Source of the DNA: Lingula anatina
Taxonomy: Eukaryota > Animalia > Brachiopoda
Assembly (NCBI GenBank): GCA_051362555.1
Contig: CM120641.1
Span: 44,708,401 to 44,772,400, forward strand
Direction of reading: 5' to 3'
DNA length: 64,000 bases
Shown here: positions 37,204-50,016 of the stretch, in pieces
Numbering within the stretch: the first letter of the stretch is position 1
Layout of the letters: each line of letters starts with the position of its first letter
The notes under the pieces: generated by a model
Databases searched by the model: none
Told to the model about the DNA's origin: nothing
The model's input: the letters and a program-made list of their open reading frames with translations, nothing else
Program-made: the position numbers and the translations under genes

Positions 37204-37401
37204 CTAAAATCTTTTTTTAGGATTTTTTCCTCTACAGTGACGGCGTAGATGGCGCTGAAGGTAGTATCTGCATGTGTAAGCAACTCCGCACCAGGGGCAG
37301 TTTCTCTTCTGTACATTATGCTGACTTGCCATATGGCGCCTTAAATTGCTTCGTTGTGAAAATTGTTTGTGACAAACTGTGCAGAAAAGGTCTCCATCCT
37401 C
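37204..37401 (-). CDS. Alternative terminal exon V10, two fingers (absent from ORF track)
   Basis: tcttacag|GAG phase 0; EDGDLFCTVCHKQFSQRSNLRRHMASQHNVQKRNCPWCGVAYTCRYYLQRHLRRHC...*. Confidence 0.88.
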   Translation of the reverse strand, partial: EDGDLFCTVCHKQFSQRSNLRRHMASQHNVQKRNCPWCGVAYTCRYYLQRHLRRHCRGKNPKKRF

Positions 37402-38508
37402 CTGTAAGAGGGCAAGATATGATATAAAGGCTTATGCACCATTCAACTTTCTATTGTTCCAAAACACTATTTTATTAACCAGTCAGAAGCAAAAGCACAT
37501 TCTGTTGGGGTAAAGGGTAGGCTTCAGGAGAGGGCGACAGTCCACACCCCACCTTCAGCCTTCCTTTTACATGTCAGTCATGGTGATGGAGCATGACTAA
37601 AAAGTCCTCCCCCCTGCCCTCAAAAACTTTTCTCCTCTTATTTTGGTGTCACTTCACATATGACTTTAGTTCAAGTTCAAAAGTTCAGCAATTAAAAATA
37701 TGACATCACATAGATCAAGCCCAATCGGGTTTCCCTACATGTGAATAAACCCAAAACGCACAAATAACATATATATTGTAAAATGTATTTGTTCCTTTCA
37801 TCAAGAGACAAAACAGTACAATAATTATGCAGTGCCTGTATATACCCCCAGGTGCAATTCTTAAATAATAAATGAAAAAAATTGTTATATTCAATAGCCA
37901 ATGACTAAAATTATCAAATTTGTTTTCACCGAAAATGCTTCAGAAATTGATGAAACCTTGCAAATATGCAAAACATCCCCACATATAATCTCACTCAATA
38001 GTTTTTCTGATGTATGTTGCAAAATGTTGGCAAATAGACTAAACCAACTAACAGCGCTGTAAAACACCCAATTAAAATCTGCTTCAATTATCAATTTATT
38101 ACACATGAACTGTGTTTAAACATAATTTTTGGACAGCCATTACTAGCACATACACAATTACTTCTTTTATAACTTCTCCTTAATATAACTCAGATCTCTT
38201 TCAGTTGTTATTCCTGGCTTAATTTTGCTAGGAAGTCATAGTCAAGAAGTCAATAATGATAGACTGATAGTCAATTAGTTTATTTGACATCTGACAGCAG
38301 GTGCCATAGTCACTACATTAGAGCAATATTTAGCAATTACACACATCCAATAAAATCACTCTCTACATCATTTTTATCTCATTACAAATATACCATTTAC
38401 TACAAAACAAAATGTTCATAGATCCCATTTCCAAACTTCTGTGGTTTCATCATATTAATTCTCTATATAGCTGCTTAGCTTAGATGTAAATTCATTCACA
38501 GTTACTCA

Positions 38509-38736
38509 TCATGTAACTTTCTCCAAATAATGATCATTCTTCCCACTTGCAAACCTAGCTCTACAGATGGTACGCATGTGATGTTTTAGGTAGTCTGTAC
38601 GTTTGCACTTCACTCCACACCATGGACATTGCTGAGTTATTGATGAATGCTGAATGGAAAGGTGTCTTTTTAAGTTCCCTCGTGTGGAAAACCTCCTAGT
38701 GCATATTGAGCAAACAAGATCCTCCAAGTTGCTCTC
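38509..38736 (-). CDS. Alternative terminal exon V9, C2H2 + C2HC fingers
   Basis: ctttgtag|GAG phase 0; ESNLEDLVCSICTRRFSTRGNLKRHLSIQHSSITQQCPWC...HHMRTIC...*. Confidence 0.88.
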   Translation of the reverse strand, partial: ESNLEDLVCSICTRRFSTRGNLKRHLSIQHSSITQQCPWCGVKCKRTDYLKHHMRTICRARFASGKNDHYLEKVT

Positions 38737-40689
38737 CTACAAAGAAGCAAGCAGAGGATGAGGATCAGGCCTCATAACCGTATGCTATCATGAACCTTAG
38801 ATTTGGGAGCACGAATACCCAAATTTATGACTCGAGCCACAAATTACGTAAAATTAGTAGATTCAAACACAGCGACAGAGCATTTTGAGTGTCATAACAC
38901 TGTGCTTGTGTCTACTAATTTAACATTCATAAAGATTATTGCATGCCCATAATCTAATTTATCAAGCTAAGATTTTACCCGAGTCGCTTCCTACAGCTGC
39001 CTCTGTAAATAACATTACGTCATCCACTTAACCTTATGGCACTATTAGCCAATCGCGCCGCGGGTTTGAATCACGTGCGGAGGAAGACAGAGACCACGCA
39101 TCTTGTGCACATTCCTGAAGACACTCTTTGGCTTACAGCTCAGCCACACGGACAAATATGACAAGCGCGTAAGTAGAAGTCAACACCAAATAACATCAAT
39201 ACCGATCAAGGGTAAGTTACTACCTTCGTTTATTCACTTTACGCTCTTTCACGAGCTTTATGTCGTCACACGGCGCTTATTAGCTACAACACGAATAACA
39301 TGAGTAGCACGAGTTTCGCTGGTTCATATGTATTTGTTTCCTGTTACACACCCTTGGTAATAGGTACAGCTAAGTACTTTTCTATTTCTTTAACGGTAAA
39401 CTTTGCTTAGGAAACAAAGAAAACGACCCGATTAGTTATAACTTCCGATAAAATGGCCAGTTTCTGTACGTTCTACGCATCGAAGCGAGTCAAAATGGCG
39501 GACTCCTAAATTGTTAGTTGATATCGACTAATTGACACAATAAGATTCTTATGGTTAGGTGTTACTCGTACAGACAGTTACGAATGAATTATGCGTTTAA
39601 TGGTAGTATATGCAATTCCCTATCTTCTCCTACCACCGTGAGTCGTGGGAAAACATTCACTTTTGTTCGGCTGCATCCTGTACCGGACAACATGGCGCCT
39701 CCGGATACGCTTACGTAATCATTAATTGCTTGCACATGCCGGGTGGTCAAATATATGCTTTGATGCCTCGACACCCTGGGAGAAGCAAAAATTTTATACA
39801 TCCAGATCTAGGATTATTAATAATAATAATAATTTATTCGAGCATTAAATATGACAGTTACATTTGTTAGCCCTCTATACTACAAATAGATGGATAAATA
39901 AATAGTTATACAGCACTATGGATTACTACTTATACAGTGTTTTAAGAATATTTATTACAGTGTATAATTATAACAATTGTAAAAAGTTCACTATTAACTA
40001 ATGTTAACTAACGTTGAGGGATCACATCTGCTCACCCCCCCCCCCCCCTTTTTTATCTCTATATTGCTAGATTCTTAATACCATAAGCTTTATTAGGGGC
40101 TGGTAATGCCTTGCCTTTACCCTAATTTATTATGTTTCAGATAGTTGCATGCCTTTAAGTTTCCTTAATATGGAAATTATGATAACTGGTCGCAGTCTTA
40201 TTAGAGGATTAGAACAGGAAGCCCCTCCAAATCTCAACCCCCATCCAGGAGGGTTTAGTGTTCAATGGCTATGGAAAAAGTGGAGCCCGATTGGGCCATT
40301 TTCTGTCCAGTGATGACTTCCCAGAATGACCTCCTAGAACCTCCTTCAATTGGGTGGAAATTATGTGCGAGCCCCCCGCCCCCCCTTCGATGCGCAACAA
40401 ATTACAAGCAAGATAGTATCACTCAACCTATGCATTCAGGACTTAAATCCAGATGCTGTGATTTTCTGGGACAGCTCCTATTTCGATCTGCGCCCAGCTG
40501 CGGATATCTCCCAACGAAAGCTGACCAGGACAGTTATTACGAATGTGTCAGGCAACTGAATAAGACCTTACAGGGACAGGCTAAGGTCCACTTTCTTCGG
40601 CATGTGGGTGCCACCGAACAATGGGAGAACAATCCGTCAAGAAGGGGTACACATGAATGAGTTAGGCACTCGTATGCTATGATGATCTT

Positions 40690-42090
40690 TCCGAGGCTAC
40701 AGCATGTTGCCGCTTTTCTATTACTTAAACTGCATAAATACAGATCGGGCTAAAACGCATGGCCGCTTTAAACCAAATGCAAACATGCTATAGCTTGATT
40801 TATAGTTACATTCACATACGTTTACTTCGCCATTGACTCGCCACCATATTTACCGACTTATGTATATGAGTAGCTTAAGCTTACGATGTGCCTTCAACAA
40901 TTGGTATGCGAACGACTTTGATCTCGACCAGTGAGCCCATCAGGCGGCTGCTTTCTCTTGTGACTATAAGGGCTACAACATGTTACTGCTTTTCTATTAC
41001 TTATGATACATCGATACAGCCTGGGCCACAATGCGTGGCCTCATTATGCCAGGTGCATACACGCTACAGCTCGATTTATACTTGATCTATAGTTACATTC
41101 ACGTACAATTACTTAGCCATTGACTCACCACCATATTTACCAACTTATGCGTAAGAGTAGCCTAAGCTTATGCTGTGCATTCAACAATTGTTGTGCGAAT
41201 GACATTGATATCCACCAGTGGGCCCATCATACAACCGCTTTCTCTCGTTTACTTTAAGGGCTACAGCATGCTGCCGCTTTTCTTTTGCTTATGAGGCATT
41301 AATAGAGCCTGGGCCACAACGTGTGGCAGCATTATACCAAGTGCAAACACGCTATAGCTTGATTGATATTTGATTTATAGTTACATTCATATACATTTAC
41401 TTCGCCATTGATTTCTGCCAATGGGCCCATCATAAGGCCGCTTTCTCTTATTTGTACAAATGGATGTAGCACGTAGCCGCTTTACTCTAATTTACTGTAT
41501 TTTGGGGCCACAACGCTTGGCCGCATTACACCAAATCGCAAACACGCTATAGCTTGATTGATACTTGTTTTATAGTTACATTCACATACATTTACTTCGC
41601 CATTGATTTCTGCCAATGGGCCCATCACAAGGCCGCTTTCTCTTATTTGTACAAAAGGCTGTAGCACGTAGCCGCTTTACTCTAATTTACTGTATTTTGG
41701 GGCCACAACGCGTGGCCGCATTACACCAAATGCAAACACGCTATAGCTTGATTGATACTTGTTTTATAGTTACATTCACATACATTTACTTCGCCATTGA
41801 TTTCTGCCAATGGGCCCATCACAAGGCCGCTTTCTCTTATTTATACAAAAGGCTGTAGCACGTAGCCGCTTTACTCTTATTTACTGTATTTTGGGGCCAC
41901 AATGCGTGGCTGCATTAAGCCAAATGCAAAAAAAGGCTGTACAAAAGGCTGCAGCACGTAGCCGCTTTACTCTTACCTAAGCCAAGTGCAAAAAATGGCT
42001 GTACAAAAGACTGCAGCACGTAGTCGCTTTACTCTTACCTATGTCGCACCAACATAGTCTTGGGCCGCAATGCGTGGCCGCATTCAACCA
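40690..42090. repeat. Tandem repeat array inside the retrotransposon (~290-bp then ~195-bp related units)
   Basis: TTCGCCATTGA anchor recurs at 40826, ~41114 (variant), 41401, 41596 and 41790. Confidence 0.85.
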
Positions 42091-42640
42091 GCTTAAAGGA
42101 TGGCACAGCTACATGACATATGTAGACAATAGTTATTATCTTGTTTGCTTACAATTGCTTATGCCTTAATTTTTTATACCTGGACATATACTTGTCCGCC
42201 TCTATCACATACTTGTGCACCTACAGCAAGTTAACTTGCCAACATATTATACATTATTTGCAACTTTTTCAATAATGAATTAATATTACGATAACAAGCA
42301 CTATACATTGCTACGGGTACCTTTAACTAGCAATTGGCCTAAAAATAGATTCTGCAATTTGTAAAACTGAATGGCTAGCATTCGCATACGCTGTTCCGTA
42401 CATCTCATTGAACCAGATTATCAATTAATCATTTATTTCTGTTAATACACTTCCTTATGCTTTCCTCTTTTGAGCTGGCAGGGCTCTTCTATCCCTCTCA
42501 CCTCTGCCATATGGAGTCTATACTTCCTTTCTTCATTTAGAGAAGCAAATTCCAAGAACTAATATAGATTACCACGTCAACTCAAAATTGAGACAAAATT
42601 TGAGATAGACCCAAATTTAACAAAAGGCTAACATAATCCT

Positions 42641-42775
42641 ATGCAAGTCATAATAACAATCAACGAATCCTCCTTTCCCATTGTCGACAATATTACGACA
42701 CCTGTTAAGTATCAAATCTTAGAAAACTTACTTGCAGGCTATAACCCCCACATTTCTTATTATCTGGTGGAAGGG

Positions 42776-42811
<36 letters not shown>

Positions 42812-43418
42812 ATAATAATAATAAAAAAAAAAAATAAAAAAAAAAAAAATAAAAAAAAAAATTTGGCACAGAAATTGAAGCAGCACGTATTGGGAGCTCA
42901 TTCTCCACACCCCCACCCCCCATTCTTCGTCACGTCCCCAATTTATGTTGTCCCCAAAAAGACCCCAGGAAAGCTCTGTTTCATACATAATCTTTCCTCC
43001 CCGAAACACTACTCCGTCAACGATGGCATTAAGGACAAATCGGCAACGTTTCGTATGCCAATGCCTCTGATGCTATTCAACTGGCTAAATCCATAGGAAA
43101 AGATGCCTACCTGGCTAAAGCAAACATCCAGAACCATTTAGAATTCTCACATTACAAAGACTTTTGTTTCTAATGGGTTTCTCCTTAAAATCACAGTACT
43201 ATTTTGACAAAAAATTACCCATGGGCTTACGCTCTTGTTGTTAAAAATTCGAAAACCTTTAGTTCGACCATAGAATGGATAGCTAAAAACAAGTGTCGGA
43301 TACCTGATATCCTATACTTGCTGGATGATTTCCTCATCCTGTCCCCAACCAAACAAGAATGTCTAAAACGTCTTGACCATTTCATAGATCTTTGTCAGCT
43401 GATAGGAGCACAATCAGA

Positions 43419-43458
<40 letters not shown>

Positions 43459-44130
43459 ATAATAATAATAATAATAATTCCCCAGCTATTGTAATATCCT
43501 TTGCCGGTATAGAACTGGACACCTCACTGCAGGAGGCACGCTTGCCCCCTGGGAAAAATCAAAAACTACCTAGAACTAGTCCATATCCAAAAGGAAAATA
43601 GCACTGCATGATCTCCTATCGACCATCGGCCTTAAAGATTTTTGCTGCTTTATTATCCCGGTCGGGAGGGCCCTTTTTAAGGCGGCTTATCAATCTCAAT
43701 GTTGGGACAACCCAACCCCACTACAAAATCCGTCTCAACAATGAAGCCCGTGCGGACCTTTCTACGTGGCAGATATTCCTCCTAACTTTAAATGGGCGTA
43801 GCTTTCTCTATAATGATCATTGGTCTTTGTTCCCAGTAGCTTTCATTTTCACAGACTCATCCGGAGGTCTGCCCCCTTTTTTGTTTGGGAAGATTACTTG
43901 AAAAACAAAAAAGTAACCATTTTTTCAAACAATGAAGCCTTGATTTACATTCTAAACAATTGCACCTCGAAGGATCATTCCATTATGTTACTACTGAAAA
44001 AACTTATTCTACATTGTTTAAAGAACAAAAAATTTTTTGAGCCACCCACATACCCGGCGTGGACAATTGTGCTGCTAATGCCCTATCTCGGCCTAATTTA
44101 CAGGCCTTCAGAAGACTGCAACCACTGGCA
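42641..44130 (+). pseudogene. Reverse transcriptase/RNase H remnant of the YR retrotransposon
   Basis: SPIYVVPKKTPGKLCFIHNLSSP, ILYLLDDFLI, FAGIELDT, FLRRLI, FTDSSG across several frames; frameshifts and two A-rich insertions. Confidence 0.85.
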
Positions 44131-44229
44131 GATCCTCACCCTACGTCCAAACACCAGGAGAACTTACAGCAAAATTGAACCTTTTTATTGAATTTATATC
44201 TATTATATATATTAAAAAAAAAAAAAATG

Positions 44230-45009
44230 GCCTGAGAACATTCCCTTCAGATCCAACAGCGACGACCCTATTTGTACATTATCTAAGTGAATGATACAAG
44301 CCATCATTTACCAGGACACACCTCCCTGCGTTAAGCTATAAATACAAGATGGCAAGCATCTCGGACTCAACATCTGCTTTCATAGTGAAACAAACAATTC
44401 GGGGCCTGGAGAAGAAAAACCCCTCATGCGACACAAGGTCCCCAGTTACTTTGTCAATCCTACTTATGTTGATACAGATCCTCACCGTCGGTATGCAGTC
44501 AGCCTACAAAGTACACTTAATGGCTGCCATGTTTACGCTTGCATTCTTTGGACTCTTAGGGATAAGTGAAGTTGTATCTAGTGAAACTGACCACCATCTT
44601 CAACTGGGCAATGTTAAGATGAATCAGTCTGAAGGTGCCATCACCTTATATCTCCCTTCTTTTAAACATGCAGGTCAGAACTCAAATCACACGGTGATAA
44701 TTCGCAAGAGGATGCCTAAGGTATGTCCTGTGAGATGGGTCTCTGAATATGTATCCCTACGCCCTAGCACAAGCAATAGACAATAAATTCTTCGTTCACG
44801 CTGAAGGATCCCCAGTTCGCTCCCAGGATTTCATTAAATGCTTGGACAACGGTGTGAAGACAGCTAACCTCTCCCACCTGAATATTAAAAGCCATAGCTT
44901 TCGCATTGGCGGTGCTACGCTTGCAGCAAGTAGCAGCATGTCGGAAACTCGAATCAAACTCCTAAGCAGATGGAGATCCGATACATATATGAAATACCTC
45001 CGGTTTTAA
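44230..45009 (+). pseudogene. Tyrosine recombinase remnant
   Basis: AMFTLAFFGLLGISE (box I Arg replaced by Gly), CPVRW, HSFRIGGAT, RWRSDTYMKYLR; frameshift near 44770. Confidence 0.88.
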
Positions 45010-47132
45010 CTATTTTATGAATTTTATATTATTTAAGATTCTTAGCACTAGCGACTAGAAGTGTCTATTAATCAGTTCATATTTTCTTCCAATATGCTAT
45101 GGCACTAGCGACTGGAAGTGTCAATTAATCAGGTCACGTCTTCTTGCAATATGCTAAGACCAATAGCGGCTGGAAGTGCCACTTAACCAGATCATGTTTT
45201 CATTCAATATACTAAGCAGAGACCATACACAAAATCTGGGCACCAATATTTTATGCACATGACCATTGTATTCAACAATAGAATAATGTATATTATAGAA
45301 TGTCAGTATTAAGGATTAATTGTCACTTAACCGTTCTTGCCTTGGATTCACTAGTCCGGGAGCGTAGACAAACTGAGCATGAACAATCACTGTCATGCAG
45401 ATTGCTTACTAATTAGATGTGTAAATGCCAAAAAATCCTCCATGATCCTCGGTCCAGGGGTCTTGGTTCGTGGGGATTTTTAAGTTCTAGAAAATTACAT
45501 AGTTAGGATAGAGATTCAGTATTCATATTTGATAGATATATTCCCATCACCTTGATGGGTCAGCTTCCAAATGCCTCCATGGTCCTCGGTCCAGAGGTCT
45601 TAGACAGTGGAGATCTTTGAATTGTATAATTTATATAGTAATTCTGTATTCCATTTTGATAGACATTAAATCATATTTGTATTTTACAAGATACTCTCAG
45701 CCTGTTTCTTACAATTTTTACACATTATACAAATTTTTGGGTGGGGCAGAAAACTTACCGAGCTTCACCATTCGGTTTTACGATAAGTTTTCTATGGCGG
45801 GAAGTAATCCCCACCTTTTATGATCTACAGAGTTAAGCTTTAAGCTTTGCGTAATCCAACATAATATTATGTAATTGGCAGCTCGCGAACCGCGATCCAT
45901 TACGTAGGAAGTGACTCCATTGCCCCATTACTTTATCCATTATCAACCATTAGATCATAAAATGAACAAAAATTTGATATATGAATATAAAGTCTTAGCT
46001 AATGATAAATAAAGATTATTGCATGCCCATAATCTAATTTATCAAGCTAAGATTTTACCCGAGTCGCTTCCTACAGCTGCCTCTGTAAATAACATTACGT
46101 CATCCACTTAACCTTATGGCACTATTAGCCAATCGCGCCGCGGGTTTGAATCACGTGCGGAGGAAGACAGAGACCACGCATCTTGTGCACATTCCTGAAG
46201 ACACTCTTTGGCTTACAGCTCAGCCACACGGACAAATATGACAAGCGCGTAAGTAGAAGTCAACACCAAATAACATCAATACCGATCAAGGGTAAGTTAC
46301 TACCTTCGTTTATTCACTTTCCCACCCAACCCTGTCCCCCGTTTACATTCAACTCACATGCTTCTTTTCATTTCTCAACACTTACCTAGTATCAAAATTT
46401 ATGATACTCAATTTATTGGCGGGAAGTAATCCCCACCTTTTATGATCTACAGAGTTAAGCTTTAAGCTTTGCGTAATCCAACATAATATTATGTAATTGG
46501 CAGCTCGCGAACCGCGATCCATTACGTAGGAAGTGACTCCATTGCCCCATTACTTTATCCATTATCAACCATTAGATCATAAAATGAACAAAAATTTGAT
46601 ATATGAATATAAAGTCTTAGCTAATGATAAAGTTACTTAATTTGTGGCTCCAGTTGTTAACTTGGGCATCTGTGCTCACAAATCTGAGGTTTGAGTTCAC
46701 ATATACCTAATCTGTTTATTAGGCCTGAAGGAGGCAGATTTTATGTTATTGCAGTGCACAAAAGTTGGCAATATCTGTAGATACATTCAGGTATTTACAC
46801 CAGTGCTAAAAAAATATTGCCTTCCATTCTTAAATCCTTTCTTGAGAATAGCTTGAATGAGAGCCTTGACCTTGCAATGCCAATGCTCCAATAAAATTGG
46901 ATTGCTGATAATCTGCTTTAATTATCCATACCATTGCCTTAATATTGGAAACAAAACTTAAGTTTCTTTAAGTTTCACTAACAATATCAAATATGCCTTC
47001 AAATCTAAAAGGAAGAAACAAAGGTTGCCATTTTTTTCATTCCACAGCGTTTGTGCTTTTTAAGTAAGTAAACATGAAACAATAAGTTCCTCAAAAGTTT
47101 CTCAGGAGCTCACCACAAGCTGCACATATAGA

Positions 47133-47435
47133 TTAGGTGCATTTATCTTTCCCACCAATCTTCTGGTGTGCACGTCTGCTCTTTTTGGAAATGGGGTGTT
47201 CTTTGTGCCACTTTTTCTGGTGGTGTAGAAGATGGTCGCTACGATAGAAAGTTCTATTGCACAATGGACAATTGTATTCTTTGTGCAAGTGTTTGTTCAT
47301 ATGACGGGTCAATGTAGATTTCTGCACGAACCCTTGCCCACAGACTGTACAAAAATGGCTGCGAAATTTGCCAAATTCTGCGTGCATTGCAATCTCTCTG
47401 GCATTTGCAAACAAAGACAATCCTCTGGGTGATAT
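47133..47435 (-). CDS. Alternative terminal exon V8, two C2H2 fingers
   Basis: tgccacag|ATA phase 0; ISPRG...HFCTVCGQGFVQKSTLTRHMNKHLHKEYNCPLC...HHQKKWH...*. Confidence 0.88.
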   Translation of the reverse strand: MSPRGLSLFANAREIAMHAEFGKFRSHFCTVCGQGFVQKSTLTRHMNKHLHKEYNCPLCNRTFYRSDHLLHHQKKWHKEHPISKKSRRAHQKIGGKDKCT

Positions 47436-47721
47436 CTGTGGCAAAGAAACAAGTTTGAAATATACTAAAATTGGATATTGACTTTTATCTGACCCTATCA
47501 TAGCTATAACATGCCAAAGGATGTTACAAGGTGCTCAAAAGTGTTTGACCAAATGTCTCTCTGGCAGAAGAAAAACAACTTAACACCAATAACAAATATT
47601 CTCTGAAAAATTTTCTTGAACTCTGTAATGTCCCATTTACTTTAGAGGGAACAGGTATGGAAGTCTAAAGCACTAAGAGCACCTTCTGCAGATCATCAAG
47701 TCTCTATTTCTAAAATAATTT

Positions 47722-47985
47722 TCATTTTCTACTGCCATCAGGATTAGACATCGCATGATGTTGAAACTTCAGATGTCTGTGTAACAGGTCACTTCTATAT
47801 ACAATCTTATTACACAGAGGACATTTGTATTCTTTTTTCAAGTGTTTGTTCATATGTCGGGTCATGGTCGATTTCTGCACAAATCCCTGGCCACAGACAG
47901 AGCAAAAGTGTCTCCGAAGGCTGGCAAACTTTTTAAATCTTAGCATCTCCCTTCTACTTGCAGCTGTAGTACCCCTGAATTGTAT
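47722..47985 (-). CDS. Alternative terminal exon V7, two C2H2 fingers
   Basis: acttgcag|ATA phase 0; IQFRG...HFCSVCGQGFVQKSTMTRHMNKHLKKEYKCPLC...HLKFQH...*. Confidence 0.88.
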   Translation of the reverse strand: MQFRGTTAASRREMLRFKKFASLRRHFCSVCGQGFVQKSTMTRHMNKHLKKEYKCPLCNKIVYRSDLLHRHLKFQHHAMSNPDGSRK

Positions 47986-48301
47986 CTGCAAGTGGGGAAA
48001 CAAAACACAAATGCAGAGACAAAAATGTCTACATGGCAATACCCAGTAACACAGTTTTATAATTTTTTAAAAGACAATCTTCTTTTATTTTGCATATATG
48101 GTTTATAGGTGCTCTGAAGTACAGTAATTGTATTCGGATAGGCATCACCTTTTTCCAAAGAGTCCAATATACTGAATATGCTACAATGTCTTCTTCAATT
48201 GCTCTAAATGAAAAATTACAATTGATAATAAAAGTGTGTACAAATCCTTTATTTACCATGACTAATAAATATTGTTTCTCTTAAAGTACCAACTGCATTG
48301 T

Positions 48302-48601
48302 TCAAGAACATTTCTGTTTCTCTCCAGAAGCAGCAGACTTCTTTCTACCAGGCGTCAGAATGTTATGTCTAGTTTTCAAATGGTACTGAAGCAGATCTGT
48401 CCGATATACAACTTTATCACAATAAGGGCACTTGTACTCTTTCTGTAAATGCTTGTTCATATGCCTTGTTAGCGTGGACTTTTGCACAAATCCTTGGCCA
48501 CAGACAGAGCAAAAATGGTGATGGATGTTGGCAACAAGTGATCTCCTTGGCGACGGGCTTTGCTTAAGTTTGATTGGCCAAATTACTTTCCTGGAAACCA
48601 T
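48302..48601 (-). CDS. Alternative terminal exon V6, two C2H2 fingers
   Basis: tcttgtag|ATG phase 0; MVSRK...HFCSVCGQGFVQKSTLTRHMNKHLQKEYKCPYC...HLKTRH...*. Confidence 0.88.
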   Translation of the reverse strand: MVSRKVIWPIKLKQSPSPRRSLVANIHHHFCSVCGQGFVQKSTLTRHMNKHLQKEYKCPYCDKVVYRTDLLQYHLKTRHNILTPGRKKSAASGEKQKCS

Positions 48602-49638
48602 CTACAAGAGGAAATGACAAAGCCTCTTAACTTATATCAAATGATCCCTAATGAATATTTTTTTCTCCTCAAAAATATAAGCAACTGTATGTAAGGTGCT
48701 CACACAGCATCACAGAGCAATTTTGGATTTATTTCAACTTATATAAGTATTGACTCGTTCAGCGGGAACTGGAAAATGGCTTTAAAATGGGAAATGAGGA
48801 GAGACCTGCATAAGTCAGTCTTTAATGGTGAAGCAAACACAAACTAGGTACAATTTTCTGTATTTTTTAATCAATTATAGTTGATTATTGGCTGGCTATG
48901 TGCACTTCACTTCATTTAACATTGCCCTTGCTATATTTGTTGACTGACTTTCCTCTGCTGTGTTGCTATTCCTTTTTTATCAGTACTCTATGATTAAATT
49001 GACAAAAGTCCTCTCTACAGAAGTTTATAAACTCAAATGGCTCTCTACAGAAGTTAATAAACTCAAATGGGGTGTGGGGCTAAAAAGACTTTGACAAACA
49101 TTCATAATTTACACATTTGCTGGTCTTCAACTCTTCAATTAATTTTTTTGTCTTTCAAAATGACCATTGCAGCATTTCATTGGCTCCCAAACATTTGCAA
49201 AAACTCTTAATGTGTGGAAGACTTGTACACAATGCAGAAGTAAAACCAGAACATGTGTGGGGAAAACAAATTGATCAGAATGCTTTTCAGAATAAAAAAA
49301 AACAATACAAATGATTTGTAAAACTAAGACAACTCTATCATACAGGTAACTACTAGATCTCAATAATTGAAGACAGTAAATTAAAATCTGGACTTACAAT
49401 TCATAAGAACAGCTTCAGGACAAGAACCACCAAACAGAAATGTCTCTATTGTCAAACACAAACACTAAGAAAAATAAAACTTGAAAACATGAAGTATTTG
49501 ACTGAGTGAGTTTGGTGAGAAATCAACATAGTGAAGGACAAATATTCTTGATAAAAACATGCTTCAGTAAATTGATGCAGAAGTTCCCAAAAAATGACCA
49601 AATCAGTAAAATTGATATTTTCCACCACAAATCTTGGC

Positions 49639-49857
49639 TCATCGACTGATTTTGTGATGTGCTCTGAGATGGTAGCGCAATAGGTCTGCACTATATGTAG
49701 TTTTGTCACAGAAACAGCACTTGTATTCTTTCTTCAAGTGCTTGTTTCTGTGTCTGTTCAATGATGACTTCTGTGTGAATTTCGTTCCACAAAAGGAACA
49801 AATATAGGGTCGAATTTTGCTGTCCAAATATTGTGAAGAAGTTTTTGTGGGAGTGAC
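49639..49857 (-). CDS. Alternative terminal exon V5, two C2H2 fingers
   Basis: ctttttag|GTC phase 0; VTPTKTSSQYLDSKIRPYICSFCGTKFTQKSSLNRHRNKHLKKEYKCCFC...HLRAHH...*. Confidence 0.88.
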   Translation of the reverse strand, partial: VTPTKTSSQYLDSKIRPYICSFCGTKFTQKSSLNRHRNKHLKKEYKCCFCDKTTYSADLLRYHLRAHHKISR

Positions 49858-50016
49858 CTAAAAAGGGACAAAATAACTCATTATGAAAATTCTGTTTTTA
49901 AGTATATATCAAATTTTACTTGTGGATGCTCAGCAGTGCTAACTGTGCAAGACATAAAAGAAAACATTAGTCCAATTTGGACATTTTAATGCTACTTTGA
50001 ATTTGAATTTAAAAAT

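Larger units (their letters stand above)
38931..46631 (+). mobile_element. Tyrosine-recombinase (DIRS-order, Ngaro/PAT-type) retrotransposon, coding region degenerate
   Basis: Split direct repeats A1 38931-39240, B1 45795-46009, A2 46011-46320, B2 46417-46631; RT, RNase H and YR remnants lie between A1 and B1. Confidence 0.9.
38765..46728. mobile_element. MITE split in two (38765-38930 and 46632-46728) by the YR retrotransposon
   Basis: TCAGGCCTCATAAC...AGATTTGGGAGCAC...GAGCCACAAATTACGTAA is the reverse complement of TTACTTAATTTGTGGCTC...GTGCTCACAAATCT...TTATTAGGCCTGA. Confidence 0.7.

Noticed and set aside
42781-43478. Poly-Lys/Ile/Asn tracts in ORFs 42641-43096, 43204-43494 and 43392-43601
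   Set aside because: Translations of poly-A/(AAT)n expansions interrupting a dead RT; lengths may also be sequencing artefacts.
49139-49363. Cys/His-containing ORF between V5 and V6 as another variable exon
   Set aside because: No CxxC...H spacing in any frame and only a weak AAG acceptor.
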